Below are positions 1 to 12,300 of a stretch of DNA of 53,719 nt, piece by piece. The stretch comes from an uncultured bacterium (GTDB taxonomy: Bacteria > Omnitrophota > Gorgyraeia > Zapsychrales > Aceulaceae). The translations under genes and the position numbers were made by a program. The number at the start of each line of letters is the position of its first letter. Positions within the stretch are counted from its first letter, which is position 1. The stretch lies in NCBI GenBank assembly GCA_937930175.1, contig CALGLP010000016.1:1-53719 (forward strand), given 5' to 3'. Below the pieces are notes generated by a model, which saw only the letters and a program-made list of their open reading frames with translations, did no database searches and was not told the origin of the DNA.

Positions 1-304
1 TCATTGTAGCTAGCGCCGAATTCCGTTCTCATCCAATCGGTGGCCTGCAGGGTCAAGGAGAAGTTTTCCATCTTCTGCACATCCCATGTTGGAACGGCCT
101 GTGTTCCACCGAATAACCACCAGGAGACGAAGGCGCCGTTGGCATCCTTCTCAGCAGCCCAGACGATGTTGTTGACGAAGATCTGGAAGGATGCGGGGGT
201 CAAGTTCATCAGGTCAAAGTTGGCAATGTCTAAGATATCGCCTAAGAGCTCATTGTAGCTAGCGCCGAATTCCGTTCTCATCCAATCGGTGGCCTGCAGG
301 GTCA
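1..304. repeat. Exact 55-nt direct repeat (1-55 = 250-304) inside the giant ORF, offset 249 nt (83 codons)
   Basis: tcattgtagctagcgccgaattccgttctcatccaatcggtggcctgcagggtca occurs at both places. The copies diverge at the 56th base (a vs g). Both copies encode LTLQATDWMRTEFGASYNE in frame. Confidence 0.95.
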
Positions 305-3300
305 GAAGAAATTTATTTCTGTCAAAGGAATGTCCTTCAGGATTGACCACTCCGTAGAGAATAGTGAGTTCCGGATCTCCATGGCTAAGCCCAGATACTG
401 GACGCGGCTGAGGATGCAAGTTTGTGTTAAAGATCGCGTTAAAGGTCAAGCGAAAAGCTTCATTGGTCGTCATCTCTTCAAGAATCCAGGCCACATTAGA
501 CGTCCCAATAATAAAGACAGGGAGATCAAATCTTCCAACCGCTGGGTTGATAATCGCATAAAGAACGGCGAGCTGTGCAGGTGTTGGCGCAAGCGGATTG
601 AAGTTATTAAAAGTACCTTTTCCGTTATAATTGTAAATAAAATCATTACGAAATTCCGAATTGTTATAAAGGGCCTGCAAAAGATCGTCGATGACTTCAA
701 GCTTTGAATCAAGCTCTCCGAGAGAATTAAACTGGCGAAGGCTTTCCTGGAGGGTCAGATTCATAATGTCAATGGCTTGAGGTGGCGCCCTTGATAAAGC
801 ATCAGCAAAAACCAAATACCCATTCTGCGCTGCAATCCTGATCAAATATTTCTGAACCGCTGGATATGTAAAGGCTTCTTCAAGCTTTTCAATATTCATA
901 GCGAGAATCTCCTCGCTCTGACGAGCGATCGCAACCAAGACCGCATCCGCCTTCGAGGACTGGCTTACGGGTTTGCCGTTTGCTGATTGGCCAAATGGAT
1001 TGGCATTTGTTGCCTGGCTAAACATATCGCCATTATTGGGCTGGCTAACACCCGACAAGCTATTAGTTGGTGCGCTTTTATAAGAAGGGGTGGCTTGGTT
1101 TTCAGGAACATAAGCTAGATCACCATACACACCCGCCCAAGAACTCATAGGAGAAAACTGATTGCCGTCAACGAAATGACCCTTCATATTCGGGCTTTCA
1201 ACTTGCACAGCTTGCATCACCATCGTGCTCTGCGAGGAATATGATTGGCTGGCCGGCTTATTGTGCTTCTTGCCGCTTGAAAGATTAATCGCTATGCCAC
1301 CTTGCACCGATGTTATTTTCTCGCCAAAGAAATAGCTGTTCACAAAGCTAACACTCACTTCACTAATAACACCTTTACGCGGCGCATAATATGCCTTGCC
1401 TGAATACCCTGGCGCGTTACCCTCTGCCCAAACCCCTTGGAAGGCAACGCCCGTGCCATTTTTCTGATTATAAATATTCGCGCCAGCGGTAACACTCGTT
1501 GTCTTCTGGTTATCAGCGGTTCTTTGTCCGCCTGTCACGTAGCTGCCATTGGCGTTAACAACATACCCGGCAACAGGAAACTGTCCAGAAAGACGCCACA
1601 TTTCTAGCGGATCAAAGTTCTCGCTTGACACTCCAGACAATAGATAAAACTGATCATTTTTATTATAGCCTGTATAAGAAACGCTGATGTTGGCTATAGG
1701 ATTGGCTTTAAATTGTGTTTGGTAAGAGGCTGAAAAATACGTGTCGTCAAAACTTTTAGCAACACTAAGCTTGCCATTGCCAAAACCAAGATAAGGACCT
1801 GCAATGCTGAGGCTTGCCTGATCATTAGAATAAGAGTTGGTCTTAAATGTCGTATTTGCGCTAAGGGATACCGTGTGGCCAAGCATATCTCCAGAGAGAT
1901 TAAAGTTATCAGAAACATAATCCTTTGTCTGACGATAATAATTATAAACCTGAGAAGATGGGTTTGTCTGGTAATTAATTGTGTTATTAAGTCTTAGCTT
2001 CGGTGCAGCTTTCCAATAATTTGAACTTCTGAGAATAAGCGGTACGTTCTTTAAAGATGCCTCGGCGACATCATTGCGCGGCATGTTAACAGCAACTGAA
2101 GATTTCACCTTTGGCTGCGAAACCACCACGACATTAATCTGCCCTTGCTGGTGAACAACATCCTTGCCTTCAATATCTTTTGTTTTAATAAGGTCATACT
2201 GCATGCTAACTGGGGATTTCTTGATCCAGCCTAATTTAGAAACAGTCTCCATCGGATTAAAACTAAGAGTATATTGCGGTGGCATATTGCGTCCATCAAT
2301 GGTGCGCACATCAACGCCATAAGGCGTGTTAAGATTGTATCCCCAAGAGGTTTGAACAAAAGAGCTTTCTTCCTGGCCCCCGGCGTTGGTGCCCTTAATA
2401 TTCTGGAAAGTACCAAAATGTTCAACTCTAAAATTATACCAAGACATCCAGGCACGATAACAAGCTGACTGCGTATTGTAGCTACCAAAGATCTTTGAGT
2501 TGTATTGGGTAAGGTTTCCTGAAAGCCCAACGCTTGGGGCATTCTTCTTTCCGTTGTAGGTCAGGCTTCCAAAAGTATTGGTGCTTCCCAACAAGCTCGT
2601 ATTGCTATTTAATGCGACTGACAAAGGACCATGACGATATTGGAACCGCACATCAAATGTAGGATTGAAACTTGTCTTAGTAGGTTGCCCAGGCAAGCTA
2701 ACCGAACGATAAAGCCCATTAACACCGATCGTTAAATTCCATTGATCTGATACTTTTTGCGATAATGCCGGAAGGCCTAATTGCGTTCGCGTATAGCGCG
2801 TGACGTCGCGATAAACATCTGAGGTATCTGTATAAGCTCTCTGTGGCGCCACATACGTTTTTTGAGCGCCCGATGATGGCACTGGTGATGGTTGCTGCGG
2901 AACAGACTTGGCATAATCAACGGGCTGCTGAATCGCCTTGGTGACTGGCTCTTCTGCTGGAAGCTTGCTCTGGCTCTGGGGAGTAACAGCGACTTGGCCC
3001 TGATTTTGTGTCTGCGGCTGGGCAGGAGTTTTCTGGGTCTGGGCTTGGCTCTGAGCTTGATCTTGCTTAACAGTATCGTCAGCACCATCCTTTATTTTAT
3101 CTTGATGCACCGACTGCTGCTCTTGATATTGATTATAATTAGCATCAACCAAACGGCTATAAGCATAATAATTAAATCTTGTTTCGTTTACGATTTTGGC
3201 AATGTTATCCTTGATGTCCTGGATAGCGTTATACTCTCTATTGATCCCTAGCTGCTCTTCCATCGTAGGAGAATTCTGCGCCCTATCCTTAAGCTCTTTT

Positions 3301-6300
3301 TCTCGTCTTTTCATGTCCGAAACCAAAGCCTCGGCCATACCCTTGATCTTTTCATTCTCGGCCCTCTGAATAATATGATCTTCGTAAACGTCCTTCAAGG
3401 CCTCGTTGAATGTCTCAATCGTATCAATATATGCAGGCCTTACGGACATCAAGCCAAAGGACGGCTGGCCAAAAAGCATGAAGAGCGACAAAAGAACTGG
3501 AAGGATCGTTCGTCGAGTTATTCTTGGAACAAAATCTTCAGCACAGAAGAAAACGCTAGCAACTTTAATATTTTCTTTCGAATATAAATAAACACCTAAA
3601 CTGATCAGAGCCGCGCTAAGCATAAGCCCGGCAAAAGAAACATAACCAAGGATCAAAGCCGCATTCAGTAAAAGTAAAAATGTTGCAACTAAAGCTATTT
3701 TCTTAACAATCTTGATGAGGCTTGAAGAAATCGCGGAAGAAGCGGCCGGTGTCCTGATCTCCCAGACCAGATTTACCCTGGATTTGTTTACAGAGGAAAT
3801 CTGGACTCGGGCTACGCCCTCGCCACGGAAGAAATCTAGGGCTGCTGTCGAGGATACTTCTTGCCTGCCACGGTAGGAAGGTCTCAACAGCAGCCTATTA
3901 CCAAAAACTAAAGCCGGTGCCCATTCTTTCCAGCCACGGTTAGAAGAGGGCACCAGCATAGAAATCAAAGAAGCCGGTGTCGCACTTACCCAGCCACGGA
4001 CATAAGCGGACACCGGCGCAAAAAGCAAAGATGGGGCTGCTGCGAAAATGTTTCTGCCCCAGCCACGGACAGCAGAAAGTAGCAGCAGCCCATTGTTAAA
4101 TAAGAAAACCGGTTTCGAATTCTTCCCGCCACGGTCAGAAGTGAATACCGGCTTGTTGAACACCATATTTATGATCTTCGAAATGTTTGATGCGCTCACG
4201 ACCTGCGCAAACCAATCACGATATAAAGCAATGATGCCGCCGAGTACGACGGCTACACCCAAAGCTATCTTCATCTCTGGGCTCATGGCAACACCCAAAA
4301 GCATCATCGGCGCAAAAGAAGGCAAAATCGTCAATCGATTATCTACAGGCAAGACAGGTATCTGCGAAGAAGCTTTTTTCTGCTCGATCGGAGAATCCGA
4401 TTGCTTCTGAGATCTACGGGTAATCGTTGGGTTTCCTTCCTCATCCCACTCAACAACATCACCATGATAAAGAACTTCAGGATCTTCGTTTTGAGCCTGA
4501 GACTTGCAATCCTCGCCTTCCACCATTCTGTCCATAAAATCACCGTAGCGGGTGAACAGTTTTATCGCTAACGGCACGCCATAGGTATCGATCAATCGCC
4601 CAAGATGCTTAAGCACAGAAAAATAAGCTATAACCGCGACCGTAAAGGCGATCACGGCTCCGCCGGCATAAGAGGCAACATCACCCAAGCTAGGCGTAAG
4701 GGTATTGGCAAAATCACCGCGGCTATGACTTACTCCTGTCCCAGACATAAACTGGAACAGGTAAGGCAGGATCTCGGTTCTGGTGGTAACCGCCACATAC
4801 GTAAAGACAACAATGGTCCCGATATTCTTGAGCGTGTGACGCACAGGAACGAAACCATAGGTCATTCGTTGATAAATATCATAGCCGTACAAAAATACGA
4901 AGGACTTTTGGGGGATATCCAAGAAGAGATTATACCCATAATTGCGCATAAAAGTGCCTGGCGCATACTCAGAAAAGATATACGGCGCAACAGCCAAGAG
5001 TGTCCAGTAAAGCAAGCCAAAAGGCAGACGCAAGCCAATACTGGTAATGGCAATGATCCAGAAAACTACATGCTTAAAGAAATGAAGCCAAGGATGATCA
5101 ATGCCAGGAACTTCTCCCCATCCAAAATGAAGGAAGTTGTCAATAAAAAACGCCGCGGTCAAGGCTACCGCAAGATTAAATAAACTTTCTTTCCAGGTAC
5201 TACGATCGGCCTGCGGATCGACCAGAAGAATTCGTGCTGTTGTAGTCTTGATTCGTGTCCACGCTTTTTGCTGAAGGTCTTTTAACGATGATGAAGAACG
5301 ATTTTGGAAGATTTTAACAGGATTTTGAGACAGACCGCGGGAATTGAACAATGTGAAGAGAATTTGAGCTATGACAAAGGTCGGAAGAAGTCTTCCGAGC
5401 GGACTCATCTCTTTATTGCTTGGTATGACCCCAGTCTTAAATGTCTTTGTATTGCTTATTAGAGCTCTGGATCTATCGCTAATCTTCTGGTATTGACGCT
5501 GTAGGCCTTCTAAGGCTCGTCTGGCATACTCTTGCGCAGCTTTGAGAACAGAAGCAGCCCTTTGGCCTTCCTCATTAAAGGACACACCTTGGGCACCACT
5601 GGAAACGCCATTTTCTGCCATCAAAGACGAACTATTTTCTGTGATCACAGAGCTATTTCTAGCCTCCCTTACTATAGAAGGCGAACGAGCGCGGCCTGCA
5701 AACACCGCAGACACGTTCGATCTTGTTCCTAGATAAGCTGGAACCAATGCCCATTGACCTTCAGCGGCATAGGCCTCACCTACCAAGAACCTAGAAATGG
5801 CTGCAAACACATTCGTCATTGTTGCAGTTAACATTTCCTGTAACGACAATTCCTTTGAAAGAACATTTAAGCCTGTTTCTCTCTTAACGAGAGCAGCTAG
5901 GGCTCGGCTGGAGGTGATCATTTGGGCGCGCACCTCTCGCACCGTCAAGTCGCCAAATTTTCTAATGAGCAACTTAAAGTTTCTTACAACTTTTGCTTCT
6001 TTTACAACATCTGTGCGTCTCGAAGCAACGTTTCGCACAAATTCCGTGACTATTTTTGTTCCGCGCTTAATATTTATCACTGTCTGAGCCAATGCGGAAT
6101 TGGCCGACAGCCCAAAAATACCTCCGCCGTTACCGGTTCCACTAGAAAAATAGGGTCCGTCCTTCTTATCAACCTGGGCATGAGCTACCTTATATGCTCC
6201 AGGCACAGAAATTGTTTTATAGTTGACAATATTGGCATGAGCTTGGTTCACATAGGCAATAACTGTATGCGGATTCTCATTTTTAGGTGTTGTTTTCTGC

Positions 6301-9300
6301 CCTTGTCCTTCTGAAGGCAGAGGTAATTGTGCGCCTGGAGACGGAAGACCTAAGGGATACATAACCTTGGTATTATCAGATTGACCGGATGATTGCTTTG
6401 AAGTGGCCGTATGCGAGGTATTCTCCGCAAGAGCCACATAAACAACAGACGGTCCTCCGTCTCCAGGTTTATATTCATACTTAATATTTGTCTTTGCCTT
6501 ACCTAAAAGTGGCGTGAACATTAAGGTCGGCGTAGCCGGCACAAAAACAGGCGGCACAACTGGTGCCATAGGTGCAAATGAAGGAATGTCGGTCACATCA
6601 GAAGGCATAAATTCTACTGGCTTTGGCATGTCAGCGTCTTTAAACTGAATATCTTGTGTTTGCGTCTGCGCGCCTTCTGCCGGCACAATGCCGTCTTGCT
6701 GGCCTTTAGGAGTATTAACCACTACAAGCTCTAACGGTGTCCAGCGAACATCAACAAATTCAGCATTCTTCTCTATAAATACTGCACGTAAATCCGGATT
6801 AGACGCTACTGCTTCTTCTTTGTTTTTGACTATCAAGACGTTTGACACTGTGGTGTCCACATTGGGAAGCTTATCACCAAAATAATAAACATTGACACCC
6901 ATGCCTTTAAGGCTTGCTTCCATGCCTGGTGCTTCATCAGCCGGCACGTAGACAATAGAAAACGACAGGACTGAAAGCACATCTTTCAATGGAAGCGCCG
7001 ATGGTGTATTTTTGTTCGCATAATAATACTCAATAAGCTCTTGATTATCGACCTTCTGAGACGAAATCAACGTCGACGAACCGACCTTATTTGGCTTGAC
7101 AACAGTAGGAGCGGAAACAGGTTTAGACGTCTTGGCAACAGCAACTGCTGCTGGCGCTACCTGGCTTGGGATAAAATACATAATTGTTTCTAGCGCGTAT
7201 CCGTTCATGAAAGGAACTTCTTGGTCAACAGGACTTGGTGTGTCTCCTTGAGCAAAAATAACACCAGTTTTCACCTCAGCCGCGGCCTCTTCATCGGATA
7301 ATAGAACAGAAACAATTGGGCTGATGCCATCGACTCTATAATATTTTCCACCATGATAAATATATGGCTTTCGCGTATCGCCTTGAGCTTCTAGAGTCTT
7401 AATAATAGTTACTAGATCATTCTCTTCCATTGCGCTAGAAAATATTGAGCTGCCAGGGCTAGGACTCTTAAGAGCCGGCGCCTTGGGTGTCTTTGGTGCT
7501 TTTGGCGCTTTGAAAGTCGACGCCTTGTAACGAGCAGTAGCTAATAACTGATTTTGATTCCCAGGTAGCGTAGGAAGATTAAACTTGTAAATCCCCTTTC
7601 TAAGTTGTTCTTTAAGCTTTAAATTTATTTTCTTCGGATACGACTTGCGAGTCGTATCAGATTTTGGCATCTTTATCTTTTCCATGTTAATGGTATCAGG
7701 AGCAGAAAGCGTTGTGTCCCCTGCCATAAAATAGGTGTTGCTTGTGTTAGCAAAGGAAGCCTGATTTTCAGATACAGAAATCTCTCGGGGGGTTGGAAGC
7801 TTTATATCCAACAACGATATTTCAGAGGATTGCGCTTGAGTTTTCTGCGCGAAACCAAAAACAACAGCAAGAGATGCTGGAATCAACGATGCTGGGAGCA
7901 AAGATCCTAAAAAACTTGTCTTCGGCCCTGTTTTCAGGGTTGACGTCCAAGGAGCTTTGGTAGTCTTAAGCACAGAGCTCACCCCAGGCGCGGCAACGAT
8001 CGCGGGTTTTGTTTTCAATACACTTGAAGCGCCAGAAGCAAAGAGATCTGCTGTTTTGTTTAAGGTTTTCTTAACATCATCGAGTTGTGCTTGGGCCTTG
8101 CTATTTCTTCCTGCCTTGCCAAGCTCTTGAACTCTGTTGAGTTGTTTTGCAATAGCATTCTTTTGTTTGCTCGAAACAGTTCCGTTTAAAAGATTCAAAG
8201 CATTCTTGACTAATTTAATATTTGCCTTTAGATCCTTCGCATTGCTGCTATAGTTCTTGTTAAGCGTAGCAACAGATCTTTGATAGCGTTGTTTCGCAAT
8301 CACATCGTTGACAACCTCTTGGGCTTTTTGGCTTTGCTCCATACCCTTGAGAACGTTGCCTTTAGAAAACTCTTCTTCTGCTTTCTTGAGGCTGTCAGAA
8401 TATTGAGTCCATTGCGCATCTGTCAATCCTAATAGTTTATAAGCCTTTTCTTTAGCTTGCGCGGCAACAGTTTTGTTAGCTTGCCCAGCTGCTCTCGCCT
8501 TGGCAAAATAAACATTTGCAATTTCTTCTTCTAAATCAAAATCAACTCCAGCCTTTTCATATATTTGCTTAGCCTTATTAAGGCTTTGAATAGCTGAATC
8601 GTACTGACCGTGGGATATCTGCTTTTGTGCTTTATGGGCCAAATCATTGGCTTTTGAAACAGAAGAATCATGCTGATGACCCGAAAGACTTGCAAGCTTC
8701 TCTTCAAAAGCATGAGCCGCCTTAAGATTTGATCGATCGCGCATCACCTTAGCATTTTGCGTATAAATAGATGTTAGGATGGCTTGCTCATCGTATCCAT
8801 GCTTAGCTGCCAACTGAGCGGCAAACTCTTGAGGCTTAACATCTTGGGCATTCGTCTGATAGCCATACTGAACAAAAAAGATTTGAGAGAGATCTTCATA
8901 CTCATCATATTCCTCACCCATGCTCTTTTTGAGGTCGCGAACAACAGCAATCGCGCCGTTAAAATCTTTCTGTTTTAAAAGCTCGGCCTTCTTTACACGA
9001 AGGATTCTCTGCTGGGCAGCCTTTAAATCAAAATTTTTATTTTCTTTTTGAATCTGCTTTGCTGTCTCAAGAGCTTCTGCGTGCTGGCCAGCCTTTAGCT
9101 CATCATTATATTTCTGTGTTAAAATATCTTCTCGGGCACGGCTACGCTGATCATCCCGAATACCTTTCCTGTCTTTATCATCGGCGACCATCAAGGCCCT
9201 CTTGTAATCTTTCTTCTTAAGTGAATCCTTGATGTCTTGGTCAAAAGACTTTTTGGTTGCTTCAGTCTTACCATATGTATCTTGATTGACCTTGATTTCA

Positions 9301-12300
9301 AATCTCTTACGCAAGCCCAGATCTCCGGCAGAAAGCGCGAGGTCAATGATCACATCATCCCCCGTGCGGATCTTATTCTGCTTTAAGCTTCCTCCGTCGG
9401 TATAATGACCTATCTCAAGAGAAGAAACCTGATTCTCTTCGCCAGCAAAAAACTCATGAACCTTATTCCAATACCCATAATTCTTTCCTGCGAGATTCTT
9501 TTTCATGGCTTCTTGCGTCTTTTTATCTAAGAAGCTATAGGTTTCAAAGAAATCACGATCTGTATTAGCACCGTTGACAAAATCCTGAATTTGTTGATAT
9601 CCACGATAAATGGCCAAATGCTTGCGCTGCTGACTCTTGGAAAGGCCATCTAAACTCTTGATAAAATCGTCCTCCTTTGCTATGTCATAATCAATCTTCT
9701 TGATTGAAAGGCTCCCTTGGTCACTCACCACTGCCAAATTATCGGATTGCTGGACAGTTTCTCCTTTGTATGTAGCGGCAATGCTCCAGACTAAATGATC
9801 CCCTTTATGCAGCACCCGCCCTGCTTCCTCATCACGATAATTAATCTGTCGTGTATTATAATTGGAAGAGAACGATGTTTCGCGATGCAAAATATTAAAC
9901 TCCGCCATATCAAGCCCTGCTTGCTTCGCCAACTTCATGACTTCTTCGACAGCAATAAATCTCAATTCCTCATCTTGAAGTCTAGGATTAGCTATGAATG
10001 CTTCTTGGGCAGCTGTTTGACCATTCTTAAGAATTTCCTGAATTTTTTCACGCGTTGCTTCCTGCCCCTTTGTTAACTCAGCATAAGAAGGCATATAAGA
10101 CTTATCCTTTAAAATCTTCTCCTTAACTTGTTCATCAATTTTCAAATTATACTTACCCATAACATTCTGGTAACAAGCTAAAGTAATCTGATAAGGGGTC
10201 ATCGCTGCTATTTGCTTATGAATATCCCCTGTGACGGGCATGCCAACCTTGGATAAGATCTGCGTAAATTGGCTATACACAGGACTATCAATCTCCATTT
10301 TTTGCTCAGGATGAGCATCAAAATACGCTGCCGACTCTTGCGCACTCACTATTTGAGTTATGATTTCGTTATAATCTTCTTCCTTAAGAGACAAGTCCAT
10401 GTCTTTGAGCTTCTTTCCAGATATAATCTCAAGCGCTGCAACAATGTCTTTGGTTAAGGGATCAGTCTCTAGCTCTCCCGCTTCAGACAGCTGAACAACA
10501 CGACTGTGCGCTCTCTCGTGACGAACATTATAAAAAAGATTTGTATTCTTAACGATCTTACCTTGCTTGGTTAAGCGTGTGTTGTGAAAAATATCATAGA
10601 CTCGACGTGTTCCAAAGTTTTGCGCCGGGGTTTCCGCATTGCGGACGTCATTATAAAGACTGCCGTAAATAGTCCATTCATCGATAACATCATCAACATC
10701 GCCTTGCTCTGAAACTTCTCCAACATCCACGATAGAACGATAACGCGTTATTGTCTTATTATTTTCTTCAACTTCATAAGAAATCAAAAGAGCATTCATA
10801 ACGCCATGCGCATCATATTCCTGAGTTTTGAAGAGCTGCTGACGTGTTTTTTCAATATCAGCCTTAACATTGGCTTTGCGCTCATCGAGCGTTGTGCCCA
10901 TGGAACTGTACGCATTGCTGTTGGCTATTTTCTCAATCTGCGCAGGATCTTTTTCAAGATCATTAATATACGTTAAAGCATCTGTTCGTCTAGCACCTGC
11001 AAAATCACTTAACAACTCGCGTTGCTTTTTGCTGGCCAAATCACGTAACCCCATACTTGAAAGACGCTTAAACATACCGCGGTATTTTGTCTTAACCTGC
11101 TTGAGCTGTGTTTTAAGTTCTTTCTTGCTTTTCTCTAGCTTTTCGATAGATTCTTCCGCCTTGACTTTCTCGTCTTCTGTCTTGGCCTGCTTTTTTTGCT
11201 TCTTCGCCTCTTCAAGCTTCTTTTCATTCTGCTTCATTTTAAAATCAATGTTTGTACGAATACCGCCAGACTTCTCACTGTCAAGCAAGAATGTGCGAAG
11301 CTTACCAGCCTTGCCAGCATTGAAACGTCCACGCGACACCTTCTTGATCACCGAATCTAAATGTCCAAGGGTTGTCCAGTTGATTGCAAAACCTATGCGC
11401 TGCCATGTTGAGATATCACCTTGACGACCAATTGCTGTTGTTCGTTGTTCTTCAGCAGATTGAAATCTCTGGATACGTTCTTGTAGCTTTGAATACTGAT
11501 ACGACTCCGCCTGATAAGTATCTTCTCCGGTATACTTGTGTCTTGCGTACGCATCCCAGAAATTAATGGTTGCTTCTTCCAAATCTTGTTGAGCCCGCAC
11601 AGAACCCTTGCTCCATGTTTCTTCTGTCGGAGACCAAGGCTTCAAATTCTTTGCTTCCTGTTTCACTTGGCTAGCAAAAACAGAATTACCTGCCATTTTC
11701 TGTTGAGCAATATGCTCCGCCTGGATTTGCATCGGATGGTATACGGATGGAGTGGCGTTGATAGTCGCAGCATCGTGCACAACTAAATCTGTTTTGCTGT
11801 TATCCTCTGGATTATACGCTAAGAATAACTGCTTTCGGCCAGCAAAAACCTGCGCGGCTTGCTCAGCCGTGACTTCACGGGCAACAAGCTTTTGGGCAGC
11901 TTTCTTCTGATTCTTATCCTCCACATTCTCCGGGGTATCCTTGTTCTGCAAAACACCTGCCAAATAATTTAACCGTCCGGTACGATCAAGGCCTCTGGTC
12001 TCCATCTCATTTAAAATCTTGGCCATCGCAACTTGCTCATCAAAGAAATCCGACCACCCTTTTTCTCCAGAAAGCTCAAAGGTCTGTGTCTGGCCTTCCC
12101 AATTCTTAATCGTTACCTTTGTATTGCCTGCCAAAATACGACCTAAGGATGCTAAGGCCTCTTTGTCTCTCTCAAGCTGCGGCAAGCCCATGTTCAACAA
12201 ATAATTCGCGCGTTTAATTTCCTCTGGTGATAAAAGCTGGTTCACGTGTTCAATGTTCGCGATTTCAACAGTTTGATTTAAAGCGCTCCAAATCTTATTT

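Noticed and set aside
3800-4150. The regularly spaced repeats could be a small CRISPR array.
   Set aside because: The repeats are degenerate rather than identical, and the spacings vary from 45 to 69 nt but are always multiples of 3. The whole region is in frame inside the giant ORF, and no cas genes are present.
10506-10520. An HEXXH zinc-metalloprotease motif (VRHERAHS) in the giant protein.
   Set aside because: A single HEXXH is expected by chance with appreciable probability in more than 8,600 residues. The surrounding residues (Arg at the x positions, and no downstream Glu/His/Asp pattern that I can place) do not look like a zincin active site.
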